A stretch of 63,560 nucleotides of DNA, filler included, from Octopus bimaculoides (GCF_001194135.2; 7 parts of 7 records of this genome joined end to end with filler, not necessarily neighbours in it), one strand, 5' to 3'; positions 23,075 to 35,739 are shown, numbered from the whole stretch's first letter. Numbers and translations: made by a program. Notes: generated from the letters alone by a model not told the origin.

Positions 23075-23505
23075 GTGCGTGCGTGCGTGCGTGTACGCGC
23101 GGGTGTGCGTGCCCTTTATGTACGTCTCGATACGCAAAAGCATTTTTATGCGAGGATTTTGCGTCAGTCGCGGAAAAATGTAAGGGAAATAACTTTGTTG
23201 TTAACTAGTTATAGTTATATACCTTTGTATATATTTTTTTTTCCCCAACGCTTTGAGGATGTTAATCTCCCGACATTTTATTCACCGAAATGAACCACAT
23301 AATGTGACGGCGGTGTGAATATATATAAACCAATAATAGGTACCACTGCATGACAATTGCCAACAGCTGAAATAGATAATAGAATATTAGTACATAAATA
23401 TATATATACAAGTGTGTGTGAATGCGAGTGCGCGTATGTGTGTGTATATGTATGTGTGAGCACGTGTATACATACATACATACATACACATATGCATACT
23501 TAGTC

Positions 23506-23589
<84 letters not shown>

Positions 23590-24090
23590 TTCCTGGATTT
23601 CCTTCGACCTTCATCGTACGGAGTAGGCCGCATTATTGAGATCTCTCCTTGCATGATAGTTTCAGACCAAGATTTTCTTTATTTTTTTCGTCTTCGCTCT
23701 CCTGCCATTTGCTCCGGACTATACCAAGCGAGTTTGTTGCACGTGAATGGTTCATATTCCTGGCATATTTGGTTCCTTACTGCCTTAAAAAGTTGTTTGT
23801 CTTCTGCTCTGCAAAAAAGACCCATAGTGCCAACTTTTTCAAGCGCTTGTATTTAAACGACCGTACTCTTGACGTTCTTTGTCAGCTGTGAGAGTGAAGC
23901 TCTGAGACCCATACGAAAAGAGTGGAGTCAATAGTCTTGTGTTGTTTGGGGTTTGTTTAAAACTGAGGTGCTGTCCATACTCAAACTGGATCCTAGATAT
24001 TTTAAAGTTGTCTATGTTGCCAAGTTTTTGTCCATTCATCATAATACTGGTTGTTGCCGTATGGTCCCATGTCCTGATGTTGGGACTTTT
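23590..24090 (-). mobile_element. RTE-clade LINE C-terminal fragment, decayed
   Basis: MNGQKLGNIDNFK (E.V..FKYLG-like), LFSYGSQSFTLT (LYG.ESWTL), KTNNF, KLAWY, TIMQG..GRRKSRK. Confidence 0.75.
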
Positions 24091-24119
24091 GGTACTATGC
24101 AGTGGCGCGCCGTTCTACT

Positions 24120-24438
24120 GTTTACTCTTTTACTTTTTTACTTGTTTCAGTCATTTGACTGCGGCCATGCTGGAGCACCGCCTTTAGTCGAGCAGATCGA
24201 CCCCAGGACTTATTCTTTGGAAGCCTAGTACTTATTCTATCGATCTCTTATGCCGAACCGCTAAGTTACGGGGACGTAAACACACCACCATTGGCTGTCA
24301 AGCAATGATGGGGAGACACACACAGACATGCAAACACACATACATACATATATATACATATATACGACGGGCTTCTTTCAGTTTCCGTCTACCAAATCCA
24401 CTCACAAGGCTTTGGTCGGCCCGAGGCTATAGTAGAAG
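24120..24438 (-). mobile_element. SINE family A (head lost in gap)
   Basis: Near-identical to 17483-17820. Confidence 0.95.
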
Positions 24439-26391
24439 NNNNNNNNNNNNNNNNNNNNNNNNNNNNNNNNNNNNNNNNNNNNNNNNNNNNNNNNNNNNNN
24501 NNNNNNNNNNNNNNNNNNNNNNNNNNNNNNNNNNNNNNNNNNNNNNNNNNNNNNNNNNNNNNNNNNNNNNNNNNNNNNNNNNNNNNNNNNNNNNNNNNNN
24601 NNNNNNNNNNNNNNNNNNNNNNNNNNNNNNNNNNNNNNNNNNNNNNNNNNNNNNNNNNNNNNNNNNNNNNNNNNNNNNNNNNNNNNNNNNNNNNNNNNNN
24701 NNNNNNNNNNNNNNNNNNNNNNNNNNNNNNNNNNNNNNNNNNNNNNNNNNNNNNNNNNNNNNNNNNNNNNNNNNNNNNNNNNNNNNNNNNNNNNNNNNNN
24801 NNNNNNNNNNNNNNNNNNNNNNNNNNNNNNNNNNNNNNNNNNNNNNNNNNNNNNNNNNNNNNNNNNNNNNNNNNNNNNNNNNNNNNNNNNNNNNNNNNNN
24901 NNNNNNNNNNNNNNNNNNNNNNNNNNNNNNNNNNNNNNNNNNNNNNNNNNNNNNNNNNNNNNNNNNNNNNNNNNNNNNNNNNNNNNNNNNNNNNNNNNNN
25001 NNNNNNNNNNNNNNNNNNNNNNNNNNNNNNNNNNNNNNNNNNNNNNNNNNNNNNNNNNNNNNNNNNNNNNNNNNNNNNNNNNNNNNNNNNNNNNNNNNNN
25101 NNNNNNNNNNNNNNNNNNNNNNNNNNNNNNNNNNNNNNNNNNNNNNNNNNNNNNNNNNNNNNNNNNNNNNNNNNNNNNNNNNNNNNNNNNNNNNNNNNNN
25201 NNNNNNNNNNNNNNNNNNNNNNNNNNNNNNNNNNNNNNNNNNNNNNNNNAATGCCATAAAATACAATAATGGGAATTTCTTATCACTGATAACGTCAGTG
25301 GTGGCGACGGCGGTGGTGGTGGCGGTAGTCGTGGTGCTGGCGGCGGCGGCGGTGGTGGTGATGGGGACGATCACGACGCTTTAACTTGAATTCCGTCCGG
25401 GTCAAAAGAGAGGTTAATTGGTGTGTTTGCTTCTGCTCTTTATTAACGGGGTTAGTAAACTACAAGCCGTAAACAGGACTCAAGTAGATCGTGCAGAAGG
25501 ATGTGCCACTCCATGCTCAAATTCCCACTGGCGTAGCTGCTGCTGCTGCTGCTGTTGGATTTGTTTCTGTTGTTGTTATTGTTCTTCTTGCTACTACACC
25601 TACTTTACTTTGCTTTGTTTTGTTTTAGCGTTAGTGTCTGTTGTGGGATTGTATTTTTTTTTTTTTTTTTTTTTGGAACTGTACTTGCTGCTACTGCTGT
25701 TGTGTCACTCCTGGTCATTTATGATTGAACAGACTTATGATTAAAGGGGTTTTAGACAATATTTATGCCAACGCTATTCAATATGCCCTTCTTTTCGTTT
25801 TCTATTTTCTCTTCTTTTTTGCTTCAAAAAGACCCCCTGGATGCAGTCAGAGACTGCTATTTCTAGTTAGTTGAGTGACCACATACAGGCTTCTTCAATG
25901 ACTCATTTTTATTTTTGATCTTTGTTTTGCTTTGTTTTTGTTTGTTTTTCTTTTACTTTTTTTTTTTTTTTACTTTTTGTTATTATTACTATTGTTTATA
26001 TTGTTATAAACAATAGTATATTAAAACATAGGAAGAATATTTTACGAACGTTATTTTTTGGGTAACATTGTTAAACGTAGTTTATTAACACTCACTTTTA
26101 ATGAATAATTGCTTTTTTTTGTTTTTTGTCTTTTTGTCATTTGATAGACATAAGCTTCAATAACCATAGTCACGAAATGGTAACAAAGAGAGTTCAATCA
26201 AATTTAGTTATAGCCTTCTACTTAAAGTATATTGTGAATAGAGTAAAGTGAGTCTTTTATAGGTCTATTTCGTATCCTATATGTATATATTCAAAACGCT
26301 CCATTTTTCTTTTATATGTAGTTGGCACGTGAAAGTAGTATTGTCAATTAAACAATGAGGTCAGTTCAAATGTGTTTGGGATGTACTTGAC

Positions 26392-26540
26392 CTGTACAAA
26401 GGCTGCATTCACTGCTAATTTGCCGAGGAAAGCCTTTGTCGTTTTCAGCAATGGGTGTTCAAAAACACCAACAGTCATTTGCCTTCTAGCGAAATCCGTG
26501 AATGCATTTCTAGCTTGTTGGCTATCATCAGTAACATTTA
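26392..26540 (-). CDS. Candidate internal coding exon (149 bp, phase 1-0) of an unidentified gene
   Basis: Acceptor gtcgtctctcttacAG, donor CAG|GTCAAG, single open frame NVTDDSQQARNAFTDFARRQMTVGVFEHPLLKTTKAFLGKLAVNAAFVQ in non-repetitive sequence. No family recognised. Confidence 0.45.
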
Positions 26541-28109
26541 CTGTAAGAGAGACGACTCGGAAATGGTTTTATTTCCTTACAGTAAATCAACATCAAGCAT
26601 GAGCTGATTGAACGCGACGCCGGCCTCAGCTGAACAGAATACTGTGCTGGCACACATTAAATCAGTTTTGCAACTAAACCAACATATTTAGTCAGTACAA
26701 AAGTGATATAATAATAATAATAAATGCGCCCTCAATAAACGATTCAAAACAAATGTTCAACCCTCTTCCTCAGCCAATAATTTAAGTTCACGATAATCAC
26801 AAGATAAATCCAGTGAACTCCTAATCTGAGGGATAGTTTCTCTGTAAACTTTGTAAAAATACAGTTTCTCATATGTATTTCAGGCTAGGTAACAAGGCTA
26901 CACTTATGCAAGAGAGAAGTATAATCTATCCCAGCTCATGCATGACGTTTGTTTTATCAGCTTTGGAAGGAAGATGAAGACGGTCGAAACTGTATAAATT
27001 TTCAGCCAGTATATAGAAGAACGGGTATAAATAATTTATGTACTACACGGCATTTATACCGGCGGTGTCAATGTATGACATCGATTATTTTAATTTACTT
27101 TTTGCAGACATTTTCTTAGATTATAACCTTTTAATCTGTCGATTGTTTACATGCTGATAAACAAAGGAGTGGAAACCATAAACATTGAGCTAACGTTATT
27201 CCTATACCATAAAACACGTTTGCCAAACAATAAACACAACTAATGTTATATTGTGCAATAAGAGATGTTTGCCAAATTGTAAACACTTAACTGATTAACA
27301 TTAGTTACACTTCTGCTGGCGTGCCAACGAGTAATCTCCAGTGTAGTTACATGATCCGCTAGAAATAACAACCAAATACTTTGAAATCATAGCCTGATAT
27401 ATTTTTAAATAAAATGATGAGCGCATTACGAAAATCTCTTCTCGTCAATCACAAAGAAATAAACAACAAAGTGTTAGTCACGACTGCAATGACTTTAATC
27501 ATAAGTGTTCTTGGTTGAAGCTCATCTGTATCACAACAGCAATGTTCCGTTTAGAGTTGTTGATTATAAGCATAAGTGAAATATATGTGAAAATCACACA
27601 GTAGAAAAAAAAAAGAAAGAAAACATTTGATGATGTTTCAAAATATATCAGCTTTGGAAGAACAATTCAAGTATTGTAAGCAACGAACTAAGAAAATAAT
27701 GAAGCAGTAGTAGTTAGAATTATGACATGATTACTATACAAACTAAATACGATTGATATTATGTTGGTGCAAACATGCAAAACAATTTTGAGGACTAATC
27801 ACATTAATCACTGTAAGATTTTGCAATAAAAATAAAAATAAATCATTATCGAATATATTGGAAACTTTTTTAATCAAAGATATGCACATTCAACAGCCTA
27901 AGGCAACACGTGACGACACACAAGTTACAGACAACATAAACACCATTCCAAATGCATCAAAAATATTTCAGCAATCTCTTTGGAAATAAGCAGGAGAACT
28001 GAAACACCAGTGAGTCTTGAAGAGACAGCTGTTGATAAACAAGGCACAGGAATAATGGCAGGAAGCACCAGATCTTCAAGTAAAAGATGCGGAAGATTTA
28101 ATAATGATT

Positions 28110-28315
28110 TCAAAATTTTAGCACACGGCCAGCAATTTCGGAGGAGGGAATAAGTCGATTACATCGATCCCAGTGCTCAACAGGTATTTATTTTATCGAT
28201 CCTGAAAGGCAAAGTTGACATGGGCAGAACTTGAACTCAGAACGTAAAGACGGACGAAATGCCGCAAAGCGTTTCGTCCGGTGTGCTAACGATTGTGCCG
28301 GCAAGCCACCTTAGT
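28110..28315 (-). mobile_element. SINE family B, near full length
   Basis: aagtcgattacatcgatcccagtgctcaac...aaagttgacatgggcagaacttgaactcagaacgtaaagacggacgaaatgccgc. Confidence 0.9.
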
Positions 28316-28506
28316 GGCCAATAGGGAAGACATTCATATTAAAACGTAATTAAGTAAAATATGAATATGGGGTTTACAAAATGTTTTAAAACTTTTCTTC
28401 GAAAAAAGAAAATAACAAGAATATGCAAAATCAAGATACACAAAAATATATAACTCAATAAGCTTAACAATAAATGACGCAAGAATCATTTACTATTTTC
28501 ACAATG

Positions 28507-28930
28507 GGCGCGGGAGTGGCTGTATGGTAAGTGGCTTGCTTACCAACCACATGGTTCTGGGTTCAGTCCCACTGCGTGGCACCTTGGGCAAGTGTCTTCT
28601 ACTATAACCTCGGGCCAACAAAAGCCTTGTGAGTGAATTTGGTAGGCAGAAACTGAAATAAGTCCGCCATATATATGCATATATATATATATGTATGTGT
28701 GTGTGTATATGTTTGTGTGTCTGTGTTTGTCCCCCCAGCATAGCTTGACAATCGATGCTGGTGTGTTTACGTCCCCGTAACTTAGTGGTTCGGCAAAAGA
28801 GTCCGATATAATAAGTACTAGGCTTACAAAGAATAAGTCCTGGGGTAGATTTGCTCGACTAAAGCCGGTGCTCCAGCATGGCCGCAGTCAATTGACTGAA
28901 ACAAGTAAAAGAGTAAAAGAATGAAAGAGT
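28507..28930 (+). mobile_element. Full-length tRNA-derived SINE family A (reference copy)
   Basis: Pol III A box TGGCTGTATGG and B box GGTTCAGTCCC; CORE-like ccttgggcaagtg; internal TA/TG tract; 3' gtaaaaga repeats. Confidence 0.95.
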
Positions 28931-30499
28931 AAGTAAAATGAAAAATCAAAAACAATATTGGAAGACAGGTCAGATTGATATGAGATAATGTTTTATTGCG
29001 AAGTAAGAAAACAATGTAATTAATATAAACGTATTAGCTGTCCTAGTAATTAAATACAGTTTCAATAAAAATCAATTGGAAAAATAAATAAACGGAAAAA
29101 ACGTAGACAGTAAAACAAAGAAAATTGTTATTGGCTACACCATCAAAATATGATGCAGTCAAAATATTTTCATTTGAATAGTAAATATAAAACAAAGAAA
29201 AATGTGCACAGTACGTCATTAGAAATAGGGGTAGAATCTATCAATTAATTAAGGAACAGGATAAAACAAAATCTACAAAATTTACTGTTTACTGGGAAAA
29301 TTTTTTCTAATTAGACACGCCACAGCAGCTGGGAATGTAGCCGAAAATAATAAGAGCAAAGTAGCTAAAAAAAAAAAAAACGCAAATGAACAGAAGACAG
29401 TATAAGATATTTGGCTTATTGCTCCAGAGGGAGATGACGAGGGGAAACATATTGGACAGTACAAAGATAAAAGGAGAAAAGAAGAGAAAACCACTTGTTA
29501 ATGGCGGTCCAGAATCAATGAAAAGAACGCAGTGTCAGCTCTGATGAACACTAGTTCGCAAATACGAAATATTATTTTAATCATAACAAACAAAGTTAGC
29601 AATAGTAAATGTGCAGTGAGAGCCAAGAAGCAATCGACCATATTGTCTTAATAAGCTCAATCCTGACTAAGATAGGGAACACACTCAGATATGACCAAGT
29701 ATATAATTACGAGCGTGTGTGTGTCTCTGTGTGTGTGTGTGAATATATTAATACTTAAGGATAGCCATATGTTCATTATACTCACTGCAGATACATCGCG
29801 AAAAATTAAATTTACTGAGGTATTCGTCCGCTGTTATTTTCTCTTATGGACGTGCAGTGTTTAAAACGCAAATATATCAGTAACAGACGAAACTCATCCA
29901 GCATTGTCAATGCCAGATGCACATTTCTACTTCACCGCACTTTGTCAGTAGCATGTAGTGATTACTAACTGCATGCTAAGACAAAATCCGTTGCTACTGT
30001 TATAGGAAATCAGTGATCATTCAAATACTAGTTCTGATGTTTTGTCTTTATGTGAATTTATATATAAAAACAACTTAACATCAAACTGAAGGATTACCCA
30101 ATACTTTTTAGTAGAGTACAAATTTATTAATTTTTAAAAAGAAAAAGCTAACAACACCTTCAAAATTTCTGCTCACAGCATCTGATGACGCCTGGTAAGC
30201 CGAAACTTCGAAGACATTGTCAGTCTCATACACATGAGCGCGCGTTCACATTATATATATATATATATATATATAAACGATATTAAAATAGGGCATCTAA
30301 AATATATCTGTTAAAATAGATAAGATGCCAAATTTCAAAAAGTGAAATTACCTAAATATGACAACTTTAACACGAAATAACTTCTAAAATACCAAATGTT
30401 GTCAAAAATGTTCAAAGTAAACTGTATTCTGCGTGAGAAGAATACGAAGTATACGAAGTTTCAAACTGATTAGTTAAAAAAAAAATGAATTAAAAAATC

Positions 30500-30630
30500 T
30501 GAGAGCTAAACTGAACAGATCCCCGAGACTATAGTAGAAGACATATGCCCAGGGTGCCACGCAGTGGGATGGAACTCGGAACCATGTGGTTCGTAAGCAA
30601 CCTACTTACTACACAGCCACTCCTGCGGCA
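30500..30630 (-). mobile_element. SINE family A head
   Basis: gactatagtagaagacatatgcccagggtgccacgcagtgggatggaactcggaaccatgtggttcgtaagc...cacagccactcctgcg. Confidence 0.9.
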
Positions 30631-30970
30631 TTGTTTGGAAAGCTGCAATAAAATTATATATTGGGAATGAATGTAAAATAAATTAGTTTCAAAGTACCAT
30701 GGGCGATAGAGAAAAACCCTCCTAATATCCATGTATGTCCGCTCAGCCAAAGTAGAAGTTTTAGGCACAACGCATTATACGCGGTGTCTTCTTTTGAAAA
30801 AACATGTGAAACTCCTAGAAGGTAACACATGAAAAAAATGTGTTTCTATATTATAAGGAGGTTAAGCTTGTTTCGCTAGTCGGAAGAAAAGCACTTTGAT
30901 AATAGATGATGATGACGACGACGACGATGATGATGATGATGATGATGATAACGACGATGACGACAATGAC

Positions 30971-31008
<38 letters not shown>

Positions 31009-31071
31009 GGAGGAGGAGGAGGAGGAGNNNNNNNNNNNNNNNNNNNNNNNNNNNNNNNNNNNNNNNNNNNN

Positions 31072-31083
31072 TTAATTAATTAA
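31072..31083. other. Artificial scaffold spacer TTAATTAATTAA inside an N run (also about 41391, 52171, 57871, 60119, 62195)
   Basis: Identical 12-mer embedded in N runs six times; it has stop codons in all six frames. Confidence 0.95.
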
Positions 31084-31269
31084 NNNNNNNNNNNNNNNNN
31101 NNNNNNNNNNNNNNNNNNNNNNNNNNNTATATATATATATAAACATTTTTTTCAGAATGAGATAAAAAAACCCAGGGCTGTGAAGATTTTAGAACATTTA
31201 TAAATAGGTCTTACAGCTGTTTGTTTCCATGATATTTATTATATCCCTTCATCGGAGATGGTGAGAGAA

Positions 31270-31610
31270 AATGGTTAGCCATTTCCCAACCACATGGTTC
31301 CAAGTTCAGTCCCACTGTGTGTCACCCTGGGCAAGTATCTTCTACTATAGACTCGGGTCAATCAAAGCGTTGTGAGTGGATTTGGGAGATGGAAACTGAA
31401 AGAAGCCTGTCGTATATATATATGTGTATGTGTGTGTCTGTGTCCATGTTTGTCCCTCCACCATCGCTTGAGAACTGATGTTCGTGTGTTTATATTCAGA
31501 CAGAATAAGGACTAGGCTTACAAACAATAAGTCCTGGTAGCTACTTTTCCGACTGAAATCCTTTAAGTCGGTGCTCCAGCATGGCCACAGTCAAATGGTT
31601 GAAACATGTA
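31270..31610 (+). mobile_element. SINE family A
   Basis: Colinear with 28507-28930. Confidence 0.85.
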
Positions 31611-31633
31611 AAGGAATATATACAAATGTACAT

Positions 31634-31659
<26 letters not shown>

Positions 31660-31664
<5 letters not shown>

Positions 31665-31869
31665 TCTTACTCATTTCAGTTATTTGAGTGCGGCCATGCT
31701 GGAGCACCGCCTTTAGTCGAACAAATCCACCCCAGGACTTATTCTTTGTAAACCTAGTACTTATTCTATCGGTCTCACTTGCCGAACCGCATAGTTATGG
31801 GGACGTAAACACACCAACATCGGTTGTCAAGTGAGCGTAGGGGACACACACATACATATATACGACGGG

Positions 31870-31870
<1 letters not shown>
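31660..31870 (-). mobile_element. SINE family A 3' half, tail-to-tail with the previous copy
   Basis: gcggccatgctggagcaccgcctttagtcgaac...gacgtaaacacacc. Confidence 0.9.
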
Positions 31871-31904
<34 letters not shown>

Positions 31905-31932
31905 CATATATATATATACACACATACATATA

Positions 31933-32016
31933 CTCGACGGAGGTAAAGAATACGTACACCACCGGTTTTCGGCGTAACCCTAACCACCGGGTGTACGTAT
32001 TGTTTACCTTCACCGA
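31933..32016. mobile_element. 84-bp MITE (Tc1/mariner-like, TA-flanked) with CCCTAA in the loop
   Basis: Arms ggaggtaaagaatacgtacacc and ggtgtacgtattgtttaccttc; TA on both sides; loop contains taaccctaacc. Confidence 0.65.
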
Positions 32017-32684
32017 TATACACATATATACATACGTACGTACATACACACATACGTTCATAGTATACATGCATACATACATAGTAAACACACACACATG
32101 TATATATATATATATTTAAGTATACACATTTGCATGTATCCTAAATATGTATATAGCAGTGTGTGTGTGTATATATATTACACACACAGCAAATATTTGA
32201 CGGCTGATTCTCTCGTCAGTCTGGTTCCCACCCTCCCGTCTATACAATCACAAACATCGATGAAGCCATCAATATTTTTCTTCAATGAACCACGTTATGA
32301 AAAGTCTTTCACTTCACAATTCATTCTCTTCATCAATAAAACCTCTGTTAATAAGTAAAACATTAAATTTACCCAACTTATGTAATCAGAATGAAAATCC
32401 TGATTTGACTTTTTTAGTCCCTACAAACCTCGTTCGTTAGCACTAATTAAAACAGCGAAAATCTGTAATAATTATGTAATAAATTTGGTCGGCCTTTCCG
32501 TCTTTTGGCTCCATAACACTTTGTACTTTAAAATATTCTGCAATACCTTATTACAGAAACTAAATTGATAAACAACAACAGCAATAATAACAAGGCTAGT
32601 AATTTTGAGGGGAGGGGCAAGGCGATTACATCGATCCTTGCACCTCATTGGTACCCTATTTTTTGGACCCCAGAGGGATGAAAG

Positions 32685-32726
<42 letters not shown>

Positions 32727-33049
32727 TAATACAGGCATAAGAATTGAGTAATAACCAATACCCAGCTGGATTTGAACGCGCAACATAGAGGCACGTAACA
32801 AAATCCTGCCAGAATTCTAGCCGGGGCTTGAATAAATTCTGTCATCACGAAAATGTTATCAGTGGAAGAGAGAGAGAGAAGGAGAAATATTGCATTTACC
32901 TTACATCAGATGTTTTTTTTTTGTTTTTTTTAGTGGAAATCTTTCAACGGGCCACGAGACGGAAAACTGAATGGAGTTGAGCGAAATAAAAGTTGACCCT
33001 ATTGTTTTTGTTTGTTGTTATTTTGTTTTTGGTGTTTTTAGAGTGATTA

Positions 33050-33212
33050 AGGAGTTGAAATGTGGGTAAATGATGGGTAAAGCGAGACGAGAGCGAAACC
33101 GCTGATTGTTGTAGACATGAGATCTTTTTAAGTGGAGCAAACGGTTGAGTCTTTAAGACGACGACGACGACGATGACGGGGAGGAGTCAACGACTCTTGA
33201 CGGCCACTCGTA

Positions 33213-33249
<37 letters not shown>

Positions 33250-33394
33250 TATAAAATTTATATAACATCTATGTATATATATAATGTATACACATAATAT
33301 ATTTATATAAAATGTATATACATGTGAACATTATATATATATATATTTATACATATGGGCTTGACTGTATATTGTCTGTGTGCATGTGTGTATA

Positions 33395-33462
<68 letters not shown>

Positions 33463-34050
33463 GAGTGTGTGTGTTTATTATGTCAGTGTATATGCAATGT
33501 TTACATGCGGACGATGGGGGGAGAAAGTAATTGAAAGACGGGAAACGGTGAAGATAATGGATAATGAGGGGCGGCTTTGGTGGTGGTGGTGGTAGGGCTG
33601 GCGGCGGTGGCCTAATAAAGCTGATTTTTAGTCACGGTGGCAACCAATACAGACCAACCCCCCCACCCTCTCCTTCATATTAACTTAATACTCCACACTG
33701 CTTTGTTTTCTATTTTTACTAAACGTTAACCTTAACTACACTAACTGCTTAGAGTTAATGATGAAAGAATGTGAAAGAGAGAGGGGGGCGTTCAACGTGG
33801 TTTGTTTAGCAACGAGAATATTTATGGCAATGACGAGTAAAAGAGGCGGCGAGGGACGGGCGATGCCATACTTTTTTCAAAGTGTTGTAATATAATGATA
33901 AGGCATCAGAAAACGGTAAACAGGCGAACCAAGAAGGGAGACCTAGGATGGATGGTCGCCTGACTTGCTAAAAATAACAGCATCATCTCCGTCAAACCAC
34001 GCCCTACCGTTTTAGACGAGGACATTAAATAATGAGAATCATAGAGAGAA
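33050..34050. promoter_or_regulatory. CpG-retaining, promoter-like region
   Basis: Unique sequence with many CpGs, GGGGCGG boxes, CCAAT, an RFX-like gtttgtttagcaac and a minus-strand donor at 32898-32904. Function inferred only. Confidence 0.25.
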
Positions 34051-34439
34051 AACATAACGGATAGCAAAAGTAGGATTGTCTTTGATTAAGAAAAAAAAAA
34101 AAAAGTAAACAAACCAACTAGGGAGATTCTACGCTCGCCCAACTAGAAATAACAACCAAATCTCCCTATACCTATATCCCTAGTCAGAATAGGAAGGGTA
34201 CATTGGCTCTACATAGTCCTAGGTACATTGTGTTTGAAAGAAGCCCAGACAGGATGACCAGAACACAGCTGACAAATCTGATCAACAAATGTTTTAAGGA
34301 CTCACAACAGACTTTGGTCATCGAAATCGACGGATTACAAAATGATGCTACAGTGACATTCATTCATTTCCCATACATTACAGAAACACTGAGGGATTAA
34401 TTTATGTTAAATTAAAATATTACTTTGCGGTCCCTAATG

Positions 34440-34790
34440 AAGATATAACTTAATTGGTTGCTGTTTCTAGCACGCTCAGTTCCTTCGTTGGAAGTTGGAT
34501 GTTTAACCCCAGGTCGACTCTGATTCAAGAGCTCCGTAATAAAACATGCCAGCCGTGACTAACCTACATTTTAAGGGTATGCATAAATGTAGTTCCCGTA
34601 TTTAAGGCGATTTGGGCTGCAAACGTTATCACGTGGGACCTAAGCTTATTTAACCACAGGATGATTACGCATTCCAGGACGTGACCATCCTGTCCTGTCT
34701 TGTTTTCGTTTTTTTTAGGCCATAGTAATGTTTCAAGATGTCGAATGAGATTTAGCTGCTGTTTCTAGCAAGCGATACAACCTCCTCAGC
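34440..34790 (+). mobile_element. Old interspersed repeat family (gctgctgtttctagc / cagacctatgatcaaag motifs), representative copy
   Basis: Related fragments near 25700-25890, 27330-27560, 36540-36720, 37890-38080, 40740-40800 and 49640-49730. Confidence 0.55.
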
Positions 34791-34974
34791 ACTTTAATTT
34801 ATAGCTGTTGTTTGCGCATGCGTATGTACTTTTTTACTGAGGACAGAAGCCGTGTACTATAAACGCTGGCACAAGTGAGTGTGTGCGTAAGCAGTAAGGA
34901 TGAAATGCTTTCATAAGATCTAACGTGATGAATACTATTGATTTCAGATAAGTTCGGGTACATGTTCTAGTACA

Positions 34975-35030
<56 letters not shown>

Positions 35031-35084
35031 AGCACAATCGCAACAGAGTAGATACAAATGAAAAGTGCGTGTGTGCTCGTTACT

Positions 35085-35265
35085 GTGCTGGGCGAAATGC
35101 TTAGCGACATTTCATCTGTCTTTTATGTTCTGAGTACAAATTCCGCCGACATCGACTTTGCCTTTCATCCTTTCGGGGTCGATAAATTAAGTACCAGTGA
35201 AACACTGAGGTCGATGTAATCGACTAATCTCTTCTCCTCAAAATTTCAGGCCTTGTGCCTTTAGT
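35085..35265 (+). mobile_element. SINE family B
   Basis: gggcgaaatgcttagcgacatttc...gacatcgactttgcctttcatcctttcggggtcgataaattaagtaccagtgaaacactgaggtcgatgtaatcgact. Confidence 0.92.
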
Positions 35266-35313
35266 AGAAAAAGATAATTAAGTGAGAGAGAAGCGCATGC
35301 CATCAAAGTGACA

Positions 35314-35739
35314 CTGTGCTGGATTAACAACCATTAAGCAAAGTAATCACGTGCTTAGGGCATCAAAGGAAGGAGGGGGCACCACGAAATGGTAAATGGT
35401 TTACGGCACAAAAGAAATCCCTTTACACTTGCTAAAATAATATTCGGGATGCCTTTATCTCTACTAAACATAGATGCAGATGTGTTAGCTAAGATTAATT
35501 TTGAGGATCTGATTCAAAAACTTTGAAATTCAAAAAAGTAGGGGAAAACTTTTCAAATCTAAATAAAGTGGAAGTAGACAAAAATAAACATTATTTTCCC
35601 CTCTGACTGTTTTGTTTCGTTTTGAAAAATTTTTTTAAATTGTTTTTTTTATTGTTTATATTTTGAATTACATAATATTTTATGGGGCACCAAAATCTTT
35701 TAAGTGCTTAGGGCCTCGATGGGTCTTAATCCGGCCCTG
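35314..35739. mobile_element. hAT-like non-autonomous element
   Basis: Imperfect TIR ctgtgctggattaa versus reverse complement cagggccggattaa (11/14); repeated subterminal gtgcttagggc and ggggcacca. No clean TSD seen. Confidence 0.55.
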
